Origin: a virus
Taxonomy: Duplodnaviria; Caudoviricetes
IMG/VR virus record: IMGVR_UViG_3300022305_000835
Location: 1-64,000 of that record
DNA length: 64,000 nucleotides
Direction: 5' to 3' (one strand)
The notes beneath the pieces were generated by a model. That model ran no database searches, was not told where the DNA came from, and saw only the letters and a list, made by a program, of their open reading frames with translations. A program made the position numbers and the translations under genes. Below, one piece after another: positions 10,536-19,923 of the stretch (its first letter is position 1; every line of letters begins with the position of its first letter).

Positions 10536-10825
10536 CGGGCTAACACCACAATAAGAATATCTACAGTATTTGTACCATCTGTACTCATTTTGTTAGTCCC
10601 TTCAAATGTAATCTTTGGCACAAGAGACTCTTCAGTAAGAAGAGGTGTATTAAGAAACGTAGTGTAATAACTCTTATATTTAAAAAGACTAAGTACATTA
10701 AATGTTTTTGTAACTTTTGTATTTTTAGCCACTATAAAGGATCCTACATAATTCCACGTACTCATAGCAGTAGAGTAAGTCACTTTACCTGCCTCGTTAT
10801 ATATTTCTACACCATACTTATCCAT
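10532..10825 (-). CDS. Small tail-tip protein downstream of the J-like gene
   Basis: YGVEIYNEAGKVTYST N-terminus typical of such proteins. Confidence 0.55.
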   Translation of the reverse strand: MDKYGVEIYNEAGKVTYSTAMSTWNYVGSFIVAKNTKVTKTFNVLSLFKYKSYYTTFLNTPLLTEESLVPKITFEGTNKMSTDGTNTVDILIVVLAR

Positions 10826-12579
10826 TAGTTTAACTTCCCTATTTTGACCCGAATAACCCCACCTGAGAAAATCTTAATTACCTCATTTGTTACTTCCATT
10901 CTTTCCGATGCAGTAGGATCACCTACATGGAGTTTTGCTACTGTAAGACTATGTGCGTATGTCTCACCATCTTTATGAGTAAAAGCTAAATCATCAGATG
11001 TAATAGCATTAAAAGATAACTTATCAATAAATGCTGATTTGATATACGCTCCAGGAGGGGACTCTTTACCATTAATTACTTGTGCAGTAGTTCTAACAAT
11101 AAAAGGTTTAGCTGCATTATCTGTATCTTCTTCCATTGCTCCACCACTCGGAGCACCTATTGCAAATGTATCTGCATTAACTAAAAATGTGGAATTCGAC
11201 TTCTTTTCTTCATCATCAATAGGCGTACCATCTTTAGATAAATCAGAGAATGTATTTACTAGCCCGAAACCAGAAATCAAACCTTGTTTATCTCCACTTT
11301 GGGCATGCATTTTAACGAAGTATTGCCCTAATAATCTATCATTTAGATCTACCTGAGTAGATAAAGCTTCTTCAATTTTCATTGATTTAGCTTCCCCATC
11401 TTTACCTTTATATTGTACTTGGGCTTTTCTTCCTATTTCTGCCAAAGGTAAGCCAGGAACCCAAATTAATTGAGGTGAGATTTCATCTATAGCATTCCAC
11501 TCTGCAACACCTACAGCATCTATAATTAAAGTAGTTGCTGCCATATATGCATAAATTCTATAGTAAGCATCCTGTTCTCCAGCAGGCCATGTTGCAATCA
11601 TAGATTTAATTTCCTGATGAATCTCACGATCTGTCCCAAACCAAGTGTTCGCAATAGATTCGATTAATATATCTCCACCAGAAGTAGAAATATTCTGGTC
11701 TTTTAACTCAGCAAGATATGAGGTATTTCCTACATCCTCCCCACTTAATTCATATGCAGCAATTACCATACTATATACAGATGTTATACCATCACCATCA
11801 TAGGGAATATACTCCACGGCTCCTGAAGTTGCTTGTACTCTATCCCCTGTTTCGAGATCAACAGTCCAAGGATATTGTTCAAATGCGGAATAGCCTACTT
11901 TCATCTTAGATGTATACCCAATAGCTGCAATAGCATCCTTATGGTATGCATACATCATTTCTTGTTTTAGTAGGATACTTTCATTGGCTGTTTGAAGCTG
12001 TGAATTAATCTTAATAGATACAGCAGCACTATCTTGTACAGCCTTTGTATTGTTATTAATATACGCAGTTATATCCGTATAGTTCTTTTTCTGGGCAGCT
12101 GTAAAGGCAGCATAGTCAAAATGACTTGGGACTAGTCCAGTGATATAGGATCTAAGTGAAGATGCAATACGTGAATTATCAATATCTAATGAAATACTTT
12201 CAATAATATTTGAAATCGTATCCCTTGCAACTGCTGATGCAGGACCGATATACCCACCCACAGTTCCAGAGAAAGAAACTACTTTAATCCAGTATGAGTA
12301 TGTTTTATTATCTTCAGGTCTAATAGCATCATAGAAATATGTACCAGGTACAACTTGATATGGACGTGCTGCAACTGATGGAGTATTTGTATTATTTGCT
12401 TGCCGAAAGAGCTGCATATGCCGCACCCCTTCTGGATTTACTAATGGATAGGTCCAAGACACCGCAATACCACCAAAAGCAGGTTCAGCTGTTATATTAA
12501 ATCCACCACTTGGCTCTGAAGGAGAAGGACCCTCTATACCACCAATACCACAAATATTTTGATCACCACATGAACTCAT
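10825..12579 (-). CDS. Host-specificity/central tail-tip protein, lambda-J-like C-terminus (DUF1983-like) with FN3-like N-terminal domain
   Basis: ISGFGL...STFLVNADTFAI...PF.V.....IKSAFI..L and GGVIRVKIGKL end; N-terminal AFGGIAVSWTYP...YSYWIKVV; likely ATG at 12579 (ORF track starts at 12588). Confidence 0.65.
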   Translation of the reverse strand: MSSCGDQNICGIGGIEGPSPSEPSGGFNITAEPAFGGIAVSWTYPLVNPEGVRHMQLFRQANNTNTPSVAARPYQVVPGTYFYDAIRPEDNKTYSYWIKVVSFSGTVGGYIGPASAVARDTISNIIESISLDIDNSRIASSLRSYITGLVPSHFDYAAFTAAQKKNYTDITAYINNNTKAVQDSAAVSIKINSQLQTANESILLKQEMMYAYHKDAIAAIGYTSKMKVGYSAFEQYPWTVDLETGDRVQATSGAVEYIPYDGDGITSVYSMVIAAYELSGEDVGNTSYLAELKDQNISTSGGDILIESIANTWFGTDREIHQEIKSMIATWPAGEQDAYYRIYAYMAATTLIIDAVGVAEWNAIDEISPQLIWVPGLPLAEIGRKAQVQYKGKDGEAKSMKIEEALSTQVDLNDRLLGQYFVKMHAQSGDKQGLISGFGLVNTFSDLSKDGTPIDDEEKKSNSTFLVNADTFAIGAPSGGAMEEDTDNAAKPFIVRTTAQVINGKESPPGAYIKSAFIDKLSFNAITSDDLAFTHKDGETYAHSLTVAKLHVGDPTASERMEVTNEVIKIFSGGVIRVKIGKLN

Positions 12580-12604
12580 TTTTTCCACCCTAATAGGACT
12601 TATT

Positions 12605-13597
12605 ATGTCTGTAAAATTTGTAAATACCAGCCAAGTACCCTTGGCTTTAGCTGTTTTTTTAGCTTCTGATTCTTATGATAAATCAGAAGAAGAACACACT
12701 ATTAGTGCTACTACTCTATTAAAACCTATCCGCCAGATTATTTTGCCGTTAAGAATACCACAAGGTGCAGGATTACCCAATCTTGGAGATATGATGGCAT
12801 CCAAAATAGGTACAGCAGTACATGATGCCATTGAGCATGCTTGGTTAAGTAATCCCCAAGCTGCCTTAGAAGCAATAGGCTACCCTCAACATGTGATTGA
12901 TCGTATTATTATCAATCCTTCTGATGAGATAGATCTGACTGATAAATTTCCCATCTACTTAGAGCAACGTGTAGGTCGTAAAGTAGGTAAGTGGACTGTT
13001 TCAGGTAAATATGACTTTATTAGTGAAGGTAGAGTTCAAGATTTTAAGACTACCGGTACCTATACCTACATGAAGCAAACAAATACTCAAAAGTATATTG
13101 AACAGGGAAGTATTTATCGTTGGTTAAATGAGTCTATTATTACAGACTCAGTTTTGGATATTCATTTCATATTTACTAACTGGACAGCAGCCCAAGCTAA
13201 ATATGATCCCAAATACCCCTCAAATCGTTTCCTGACGCAATCTTTTGACTTAATGGATGTGTCTGCTACCCAACAGATGATATCGCACAAGCTCGCTCAA
13301 ATTGAGCAGTTTATAGATGCTGACGAAGATACCATACCTGAATGTACTGATGCTGATTTATGGCGAAGTGACCCGAAGTATAAATACTACAAGAATGGCG
13401 ATATTAACTCAAAACGGAGTACTAAGAACTTTGACACCATGCAGGAAGCAGTCATCTATCAATCCACCTCCGGTGGTTCTGGTGGGGCTATTAAAGAGGT
13501 TCCTGGCAGTGTCATGGCATGTAAGTATTGTGCTGCTTTTGCAATCTGCTCTCAGAAGGACAGAATGCTCGCTAGTGGCGATTTAACCCTAGATTGA
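12605..13597 (+). CDS. N4 gp42-like PD-(D/E)XK (Cas4-like) exonuclease
   Basis: ISATTLLKP.RQ, VSGKYDFI....VQDFKTT, C-terminal CKYCAAFAICSQ; syntenic upstream of the primase. Confidence 0.8.
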   Translation: MSVKFVNTSQVPLALAVFLASDSYDKSEEEHTISATTLLKPIRQIILPLRIPQGAGLPNLGDMMASKIGTAVHDAIEHAWLSNPQAALEAIGYPQHVIDRIIINPSDEIDLTDKFPIYLEQRVGRKVGKWTVSGKYDFISEGRVQDFKTTGTYTYMKQTNTQKYIEQGSIYRWLNESIITDSVLDIHFIFTNWTAAQAKYDPKYPSNRFLTQSFDLMDVSATQQMISHKLAQIEQFIDADEDTIPECTDADLWRSDPKYKYYKNGDINSKRSTKNFDTMQEAVIYQSTSGGSGGAIKEVPGSVMACKYCAAFAICSQKDRMLASGDLTLD

Positions 13598-13616
13598 TAC
13601 CAACACCTAACTTTGC

Positions 13617-13940
13617 TATTCCCGTGTTAAGCCGCAAGGAAAATGCAAGCGCAGCGAAGCATTTTCTGTAGGGGCTGGTCACGGGAATATATTAAATGTA
13701 AATAAAACCTTGAATGCGTTCCCCTACGAAAATTGCTCGCAAGCTCACAATTTTCTTGCGGTCGCATTCAAGGTTTATTAATAAAAAGAGTATATTATTA
13801 TATATAGGGAATTTTTGAAAAAACTCTATATATATCAATAACTTAGCATTTAAAAAAGTACCTATTTTAGGTACAAATTGGGGGGTATATTCCTGTGTTT
13901 GGGTATTTTTGAGGCTAAAAAACCTGAGTTTGGGTACTAA
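13617..13940. promoter_or_regulatory. Putative replication origin: two branched hairpins, AT-rich tract, phased direct repeats
   Basis: Inverted repeats 13617-13689 and 13701-13779; CCTG(T/A)GTTTGGGTA at 13892 and 13923; AT-rich flanks. Confidence 0.55.
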
Positions 13941-14019
13941 TCGTATTTTTAAAATAATGCTTGATTGTATAAAATTTTAGTATTAATATACATTTTCTTT
14001 CACTTTATTGGTATAAATT

Positions 14020-14514
14020 ATGTTAAAACATAAAACAATCATTTTTCATCTCCGTAGAAAATCCATGAGCAACGTTTACATCTCAGCTAGTGAAATGGAT
14101 GATTTAATTCAATCATTAACTAGCACTGAATTAAGACTGTATTCTACTGTTTTTAACTCTATTCTCCAAAATCCCACAATTAATTATTTTTCAGATCAAT
14201 CATTAGCAGCTGTACTAACTCAAGCAGTTAGTTCAATTAAAAATGCTAAGTCAGGATTAAAACAAAAAGGGTATCTCTTACTAGTTAAATTTAGAGATGA
14301 GCGCAATTTTCCATGTCTAAGAGTTATTATTGGTAGAGATCAAGTTGCATTATACAACATGGGAATCACAGCTGAAGTTACTAACCCAAAGGCTTTTAAC
14401 AAGTTAATGTCTCAATTTAAATTAAATGATCCATCATTATCTCATGAGGAGAAGACTCAAAAAGTTACTGAATTTAATGAGTATTACAAAGAACACCGTG
14501 CTGAATTTGAATAA
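14020..14514 (+). CDS. Winged-HTH protein, putative replication initiator
   Basis: LTSTELRLY...SDQSLAAVL...SSIKNAKSGLKQKGYL fits a Rep/HTH_36-type wHTH; alternative start ATG 14065. Confidence 0.5.
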   Translation: MLKHKTIIFHLRRKSMSNVYISASEMDDLIQSLTSTELRLYSTVFNSILQNPTINYFSDQSLAAVLTQAVSSIKNAKSGLKQKGYLLLVKFRDERNFPCLRVIIGRDQVALYNMGITAEVTNPKAFNKLMSQFKLNDPSLSHEEKTQKVTEFNEYYKEHRAEFE

Positions 14515-14522
14515 GGAGCAAT

Positions 14523-16661
14523 ATGAAACCAGTAGAAGAAATGGAATATCACCAAACTAGTGAACAACTGGTTGGTATTCTTAGAGACCACACACAACGA
14601 GAAGACTCGTTATTTTTTCGCCTATTAGTTGGGTATTATTTCTCTCTAGCAGCCTCACAGATGCGCTGTTCGATTAATTCCCCAGACAGAGGTGCTGTTC
14701 CCATTAATATGTTCGCGTTGAATCTAGCCCCTTCAGGCTATGGTAAAACGATGGGTACAAACCTAATGGAGGAGCAAGTATTACATTTATTTCGTGAACA
14801 GTTCCTAGAAGATACATTTCCACTACTAGCAGAAGCCAACCTTCCAAAATTAGCCATTAAACGGGCTTCTAAGCTCGGTACAGATCCAGATGAAGAACTT
14901 ATTAGGGTACAGAAAGAATTCGCCTCACTGGGTACTGTAGCATTCTCATTTGATTCTGGAACAGCTCCTGCAGTTAAGCAGATGCGTCATATGTTATTGA
15001 TGGCTAATGCTGGGTCGATGAATCTGATTATGGATGAAATAGGGGCAAATTTAACTGCTAATTTAGAGGTATTTGACTCATTCATTGAGCTATATGATAA
15101 AGGGCTAATTAAACAAAAACTGATCAAGAATACAAAAGACAGTATCCGTAGTGAGGAGATCATCGGTCAAACACCTACAAACTTATTAATGTTTGGTGTT
15201 CCCAATCGTTTACTAGACGGAGCTAGAACAGAGCAGGCTTTAATTACATTACTGGATCAAGGCTATGCTAGAAGATGCTTCTTTGGCTATGTTAAGTCCG
15301 CTAATCGTACGAAAGGACGTACTGCTGAACAAATGTATATAGATAGAACCAGCACTGGTAATAATGACTTTATTGATTTGCTATCCTTACGGTTAGCTAA
15401 ACTAGCTCATGCTAATAATGCCAACAGAACTCTTACTATTAGTCGAGATACCTGTATTTTGCTTAATGAGTATCAGCTGTACTGTGAAGACTTATCTGAG
15501 AAGTTACCAGAACACCAAGAGATACAAAAACGGGAGATGTCTGAGCGTAATTTTAAAGTATTAAAGTTAGCAGGTGCATACGCCTTTATTGATAACTCTC
15601 CATGTATTACTGATGATCATATTTATAATGCTATTAAAGTTGCAGAAGAATCAGGAGAGGCATTAGTACAGATACTATCTCGTGATAAAGCTTGGGTAAA
15701 ATTGGCTAAGTATATTACCTCTGTTAATGCTGATGTAACTCAAGCAGATTTAGCTGAGGATCTTCCATTTTATAAAGGATCAGTAGCATATAAGAATGAG
15801 TTAATTTCACTAGCCATTGCATATGGGTATAAAAATAACATCATAATTAAAAAAACATTCTCAGATGGGATTGAATTTTTTAATGGTGAAACCTTAGAAG
15901 AAACAGACTTAACACAGTTAATCCTGTCGTACAGTTCCGATATTGTTTCTGACTATGCTAATGAGACTGCTCCATTTGAAAAGCTTCATAAGTTATTTCA
16001 GTTACCTGACATGCACTGGGTATCTCACCACTTAATTGGAGGGTATCGTAATGAAGAGAATGCTATGCCTGGTTTTAATATGATCGTTATTGATGTTGAT
16101 GGTGATGTGCACCTAAGTACTGTTCAGTTACTTCTTAAGAAGTACACTTACTTAATCTATACAACTAAACGACATACTGAGATTGATAATAGATTTAGAA
16201 TTGTAATGCCTATTAACTATAAACTTTGTCTTGATGCTAAGGACTTCAAAGAGTTTATGTCTAATATATTTCAGTGGCTCCCATTTGAAGTAGACACAGC
16301 TACTAATCAGAGAGCTCGTAAGTGGTTAACTAATTCAGGTGAGCATTATTACAATCATGGTGAATTATTGGATGTATTATCTTTCATCCCTAAAACTAGT
16401 AAGAATGAAGAAAGGAAGATATTACTTAATTCTCAACAGGCTTTAGATAATTTAGAAAGATGGGTAATTAATAATATTGGTGATGGTAATAGAAACAACA
16501 TGCTTCTACGCTATGCCATGATCTTGATTGATGCTGGTTTTTCTTTTGATAATATTCGCGCTAAGGTAATGGAATTGAATAATAAGATTCCAGATAAATT
16601 AGATGAGATGGAGTTGATCAATACCATCTTTGTAACAGTAAGCAAAGCCTTGAGTAAGTAA
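14523..16661 (+). CDS. N4 gp43-like DNA primase
   Basis: 712 aa; APSGYGKT Walker A, LIMDEIG, VIDVDG, YTTKRH, C-terminal GNRNNMLLRYA (PriCT-like). Confidence 0.85.
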   Translation: MKPVEEMEYHQTSEQLVGILRDHTQREDSLFFRLLVGYYFSLAASQMRCSINSPDRGAVPINMFALNLAPSGYGKTMGTNLMEEQVLHLFREQFLEDTFPLLAEANLPKLAIKRASKLGTDPDEELIRVQKEFASLGTVAFSFDSGTAPAVKQMRHMLLMANAGSMNLIMDEIGANLTANLEVFDSFIELYDKGLIKQKLIKNTKDSIRSEEIIGQTPTNLLMFGVPNRLLDGARTEQALITLLDQGYARRCFFGYVKSANRTKGRTAEQMYIDRTSTGNNDFIDLLSLRLAKLAHANNANRTLTISRDTCILLNEYQLYCEDLSEKLPEHQEIQKREMSERNFKVLKLAGAYAFIDNSPCITDDHIYNAIKVAEESGEALVQILSRDKAWVKLAKYITSVNADVTQADLAEDLPFYKGSVAYKNELISLAIAYGYKNNIIIKKTFSDGIEFFNGETLEETDLTQLILSYSSDIVSDYANETAPFEKLHKLFQLPDMHWVSHHLIGGYRNEENAMPGFNMIVIDVDGDVHLSTVQLLLKKYTYLIYTTKRHTEIDNRFRIVMPINYKLCLDAKDFKEFMSNIFQWLPFEVDTATNQRARKWLTNSGEHYYNHGELLDVLSFIPKTSKNEERKILLNSQQALDNLERWVINNIGDGNRNNMLLRYAMILIDAGFSFDNIRAKVMELNNKIPDKLDEMELINTIFVTVSKALSK

Positions 16662-16662
16662 C

Positions 16663-16851
16663 ATGGCTAATACTAGGGTGTTTTTAAAAAATATTTATAC
16701 TGAACAGACATTTTGTTTAGGTAAGTATTATGCCTCTCAGGGATGGTATTTAAATCCTCATTTAGATTTAGATACTTTAGATGAGTTTATGAATGAACCA
16801 GGGGATCATTCCATTAATGGGGATTGTCCTTGGATTATTGAATACGATTAG
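16663..16851 (+). CDS. Hypothetical protein
   Basis: 62-aa ORF directly after the primase. Confidence 0.5.
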   Translation: MANTRVFLKNIYTEQTFCLGKYYASQGWYLNPHLDLDTLDEFMNEPGDHSINGDCPWIIEYD

Positions 16852-16870
16852 GAACCCTCCGGGTTCTTTT
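16852..16870 (+). terminator. Hairpin plus T tract (terminator or vRNAP-type promoter hairpin)
   Basis: GAACCC-TCC-GGGTTC-TTTT. Confidence 0.55.
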
Positions 16871-16922
16871 ACGGTTTTTATATCACCTCGAGTTAGGTGA
16901 CTTTTTTTATATAAGGAGAAAT

Positions 16923-17651
16923 ATGAGCAACACAATCAATGATCAACTTGTATTGCTATGTGGTAAGTCAGCTACAGGTAAGTCAGCATCTTTAATGGGC
17001 ATATCAAAGCCTGAAGGTGTTATGTATGCAAATTGTGAAAGTGGGAAACGTCTCCCTTTTAATTCTAAATTTAAAGAGTTTACGATTACAGATCCTCTAC
17101 AAATTTATGAATTATTTGACCATGCTGAGACACTTCCTGATGTACATACCATTGTTATAGACAGTCTGACATATCTCCTTGATATGTATGAATCTGTATA
17201 CGTCCTTAATGCTGTTAATGGGATGAAGGCATGGGGAGATTTTGCCCAGTACTTCAAAGTATTAATGCAGCGGTATGTAGCTATATCTACAAAAAGTGTT
17301 ATTTTTACCGCCCATACATCAGACTCACTTAATGAAAGTGAGATGCTAATGGAAACCAAAGTTCCTGTTAAGGGTAGCCTTAAGAACAATGGTATTGAAA
17401 GCTACTTCAGCGTTGTAATTGCATCTAAAAAAGTAAACTTGAAAGGTCTTAAAGACTATGAATCCAAGTTACTTAATATTACGCCTGAAGAAGAAAGTCT
17501 TGGTTTGAAGTATGTATTCCAAACCAGATTAACCAAGGAAACTGTTAATGAGCGATTACGTAGTCCTCTTGGACTATTTAGTGTTCCTGAAACATTTACC
17601 GACAACAACATGCAACTGATCCTAGATAGATTAGCTGCTTACTATTCTTAA
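16923..17651 (+). CDS. N4 gp44-like AAA (Sak4-like) ATPase
   Basis: CGKSATGKS Walker A, TIVIDSLT Walker B; between primase and SSB. Confidence 0.8.
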   Translation: MSNTINDQLVLLCGKSATGKSASLMGISKPEGVMYANCESGKRLPFNSKFKEFTITDPLQIYELFDHAETLPDVHTIVIDSLTYLLDMYESVYVLNAVNGMKAWGDFAQYFKVLMQRYVAISTKSVIFTAHTSDSLNESEMLMETKVPVKGSLKNNGIESYFSVVIASKKVNLKGLKDYESKLLNITPEEESLGLKYVFQTRLTKETVNERLRSPLGLFSVPETFTDNNMQLILDRLAAYYS

Positions 17652-17679
17652 TTTTCACAACAACAAAGAGAAAAACAAC

Positions 17680-18399
17680 ATGTCATTATTAGCAAATTTA
17701 ACTACCGACGATTCAATTGAAGATGAAAGAGATTCCGTTGGTGGTGGTGGTGTATTAGAGTCGGGTATTTATAATGCAACTGTAACTCTTGCATATTTAT
17801 CTACAGCAGCATCTGGTGCTACAGGCTTAGTTCTTCAATTTAAAACTGAAGATGCTAGAGTCATCCGGAGTACTCAGTGGGTTGTATCTGGTACAGCTAA
17901 AGGATGTAAAAACTATTATGAACGTGATGGCAAGAAGAATTACTTACCTGGCTTCTTAATTGCTAATTCATTGGCTAAACTTACAACAGGTAAAGAGATT
18001 TCTGAATTAGATACAGATGAGAAAGTCATTAATGTATATAACCCAGAAGCAAAAGCTGAAGTACCTACGAAAGTTCCAATGATTACTGAATTATTAGGTA
18101 AAGAAATTACCATTGGTTTGATTAAACAAATCTCAGATAAAAATGCTAAAGGTGATGATGGTCAATACCACCCAACTGGTGAAACCAGAGAAGAAAATGA
18201 AATTGATAAGTTCTTTAATGCTGATTCTAAATTAACCACCACTGAAATTAAAGCAGGTGTTTCAGTTCCGACATTCATCACTACATGGGATCAAAAATGG
18301 TCTGGTGTTACTCGTGATCGTAGTACAAAAACAGACGGTACCGCTGGCGCTCCTAAAGGTGCAGTATCTAAAAAACCTGCATCTAGTTTATTTTCTTAA
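17680..18399 (+). CDS. N4 gp45-like single-stranded DNA-binding protein
   Basis: GGVLESGIY...VTLAY, KNYLPGF, EVPTKVPMITELLGK, ENEIDKFF, C-terminal SSLFS; synteny. Confidence 0.8.
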   Translation: MSLLANLTTDDSIEDERDSVGGGGVLESGIYNATVTLAYLSTAASGATGLVLQFKTEDARVIRSTQWVVSGTAKGCKNYYERDGKKNYLPGFLIANSLAKLTTGKEISELDTDEKVINVYNPEAKAEVPTKVPMITELLGKEITIGLIKQISDKNAKGDDGQYHPTGETREENEIDKFFNADSKLTTTEIKAGVSVPTFITTWDQKWSGVTRDRSTKTDGTAGAPKGAVSKKPASSLFS

Positions 18400-18408
18400 G
18401 GATTAGAC

Positions 18409-18696
18409 ATGTCAGATATTGAAGAAAAGGTTGTTGATACAGAACCATCTAACTCAGTTGCAATTGAATCTGTTGATCTGATGTATAGATTATTTCATCA
18501 GTGGCATGAAGAGAAGTGTGGTGTATTAAATCATATCCTTAGCATCCCTGAAGGTACTGTTATTGAAGACTCAGCTGGTATTTCGCATGAACTGACTAAC
18601 GAATACTTAGCTGGCTTTAAATCCGGTGTAGAGGTGGCATTAATTGAATTTAAAAATATGCCCTTTATTAACACACCTAGTGTCGAGCCTGCTTAA
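18409..18696 (+). CDS. Hypothetical protein (conserved position after SSB in N4-like phages)
   Basis: 95-aa ORF with RBS; synteny. Confidence 0.55.
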   Translation: MSDIEEKVVDTEPSNSVAIESVDLMYRLFHQWHEEKCGVLNHILSIPEGTVIEDSAGISHELTNEYLAGFKSGVEVALIEFKNMPFINTPSVEPA

Positions 18697-19228
18697 GGTT
18701 ATTGGACTTGATCCCTCCCTAAGAAATTGGGGAGTGGTTGTTGCTACACTAGATCAAGCCAATAATAAATTAACTGTTCAATCTGTTTCTGTTATCCAAC
18801 CTGACTTATCAGGGCTAAACACTAAAAAGCAGAACCTACTAGACTTAGCTGCATCAGCCTGGCTTTATTCTAATGTCCTTAACCTAATTACAGATGCCGA
18901 TATTATTTGTGCTGAAATTCCTCAGGGAAGTCAATCAGCCAGAGCTTCAATGGCATCTGGAATTTGCTTGGGTGTATTAGGAAGTCTAGCCAATCAAGCA
19001 GATAGAGTCTTTGTTACTGTGTCCCCAAATGAAGTTAAATTGGCTGGATATGGATCAAGGTTAGCGACTAAGAAACAAATGATTGAATGGGCTACAGCAA
19101 AACACCCAGAAGCTAAATGGCCAATGTATAAATACAATAGTCAACTGGTTATTAACGAAGGCAAAGCAGAACATATGTGTGATGCTCTAGCAGCAATATA
19201 TGCTGGCCTTAAAAAACTGAAATTGTGA
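18644..19228 (+). CDS. RuvC-like Holliday junction resolvase
   Basis: VIGLDPSLRNWG, ICAEIPQG, VSPNEVK, ATKKQMIEWA, EHMCDALAAIYAG; true start probably a little downstream. Confidence 0.75.
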   Translation: MNLKICPLLTHLVSSLLKVIGLDPSLRNWGVVVATLDQANNKLTVQSVSVIQPDLSGLNTKKQNLLDLAASAWLYSNVLNLITDADIICAEIPQGSQSARASMASGICLGVLGSLANQADRVFVTVSPNEVKLAGYGSRLATKKQMIEWATAKHPEAKWPMYKYNSQLVINEGKAEHMCDALAAIYAGLKKLKL

Positions 19229-19238
19229 AGAGGTTTAT

Positions 19239-19469
19239 ATGAAAATAGGTATTGTAAATTCTCCCTGCCTTAACAAGATTGGGTGGACTCCGAATCCAAA
19301 GATTACTGCAATGATTGAAGCAGAGGAAATGGGAACAAGTATAGATGTAAGCGTAGGTCGTATATATGGACCTGAACATGGTGGTGGTCTAACTGAACGT
19401 CAGGCTGCAGATGAATATTTTAAAAACTCAAAATTAGAGGAACAAGCGAATGAAAATTCAATTAAATAA
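19239..19469 (+). CDS. Hypothetical protein
   Basis: 76-aa ORF with GAGG RBS. Confidence 0.5.
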   Translation: MKIGIVNSPCLNKIGWTPNPKITAMIEAEEMGTSIDVSVGRIYGPEHGGGLTERQAADEYFKNSKLEEQANENSIK

Positions 19470-19710
19470 TAGTGAAATCTTATTAGCAATTCAAAAATAT
19501 GTTGGTACTTTAGGCATCGACTTAACTGACAAAACCATCTCTATTGATTTTATTCAAAGACAGAAATTAGGATTAACTGCTGATGTCACTATTATAGATG
19601 AATCTGATTCAACTAGATTTATTGCAGGTGGTACTTTAGAAATTACTAATGTATTACCTACAACTCCTATTACTGACTTAACTGATGATACTCAAAGTAT
19701 CTTTAGCTAA
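19450..19710 (+). CDS. Hypothetical protein
   Basis: MKIQLNNSEILLAIQKYV N-terminus typical of the small gene at this N4 position. Confidence 0.55.
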   Translation: MKIQLNNSEILLAIQKYVGTLGIDLTDKTISIDFIQRQKLGLTADVTIIDESDSTRFIAGGTLEITNVLPTTPITDLTDDTQSIFS

Positions 19711-19886
19711 TGTCTACTATTAAAACTGTTGGATATTTCATTCTAGCCTGTGCATGTATTACAGCTTTCGTATTATTAGGCTCTATTGGTGCCATTATCG
19801 GTATGTTAGTGTTAGCCACTATAGGAGTGTCTTTTATAGCTGCTCTTATTAAAGAATACAGTGAATTAGATCGTAAGGAACCTTAG
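19710..19886 (+). CDS. Small two-TM membrane protein (not in ORF track)
   Basis: Hand-translated MSTIKTVGYFILACACITAFVLLGSIGAIIGMLVLATIGVSFIAALIKEYSELDRKEP; TAATG overlap. Confidence 0.65.
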   Translation: MSTIKTVGYFILACACITAFVLLGSIGAIIGMLVLATIGVSFIAALIKEYSELDRKEP

Positions 19887-19891
19887 TACCT

Positions 19892-19913
19892 TAGCCCCCT
19901 TAATTGGGGGCTA
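19892..19913. terminator. Bidirectional terminator between convergent operons
   Basis: TAGCCCCC-TTAATT-GGGGGCTA between stops at 19886 (+) and 19924 (-). Confidence 0.7.
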
Positions 19914-19923
19914 TTTATTGTAA

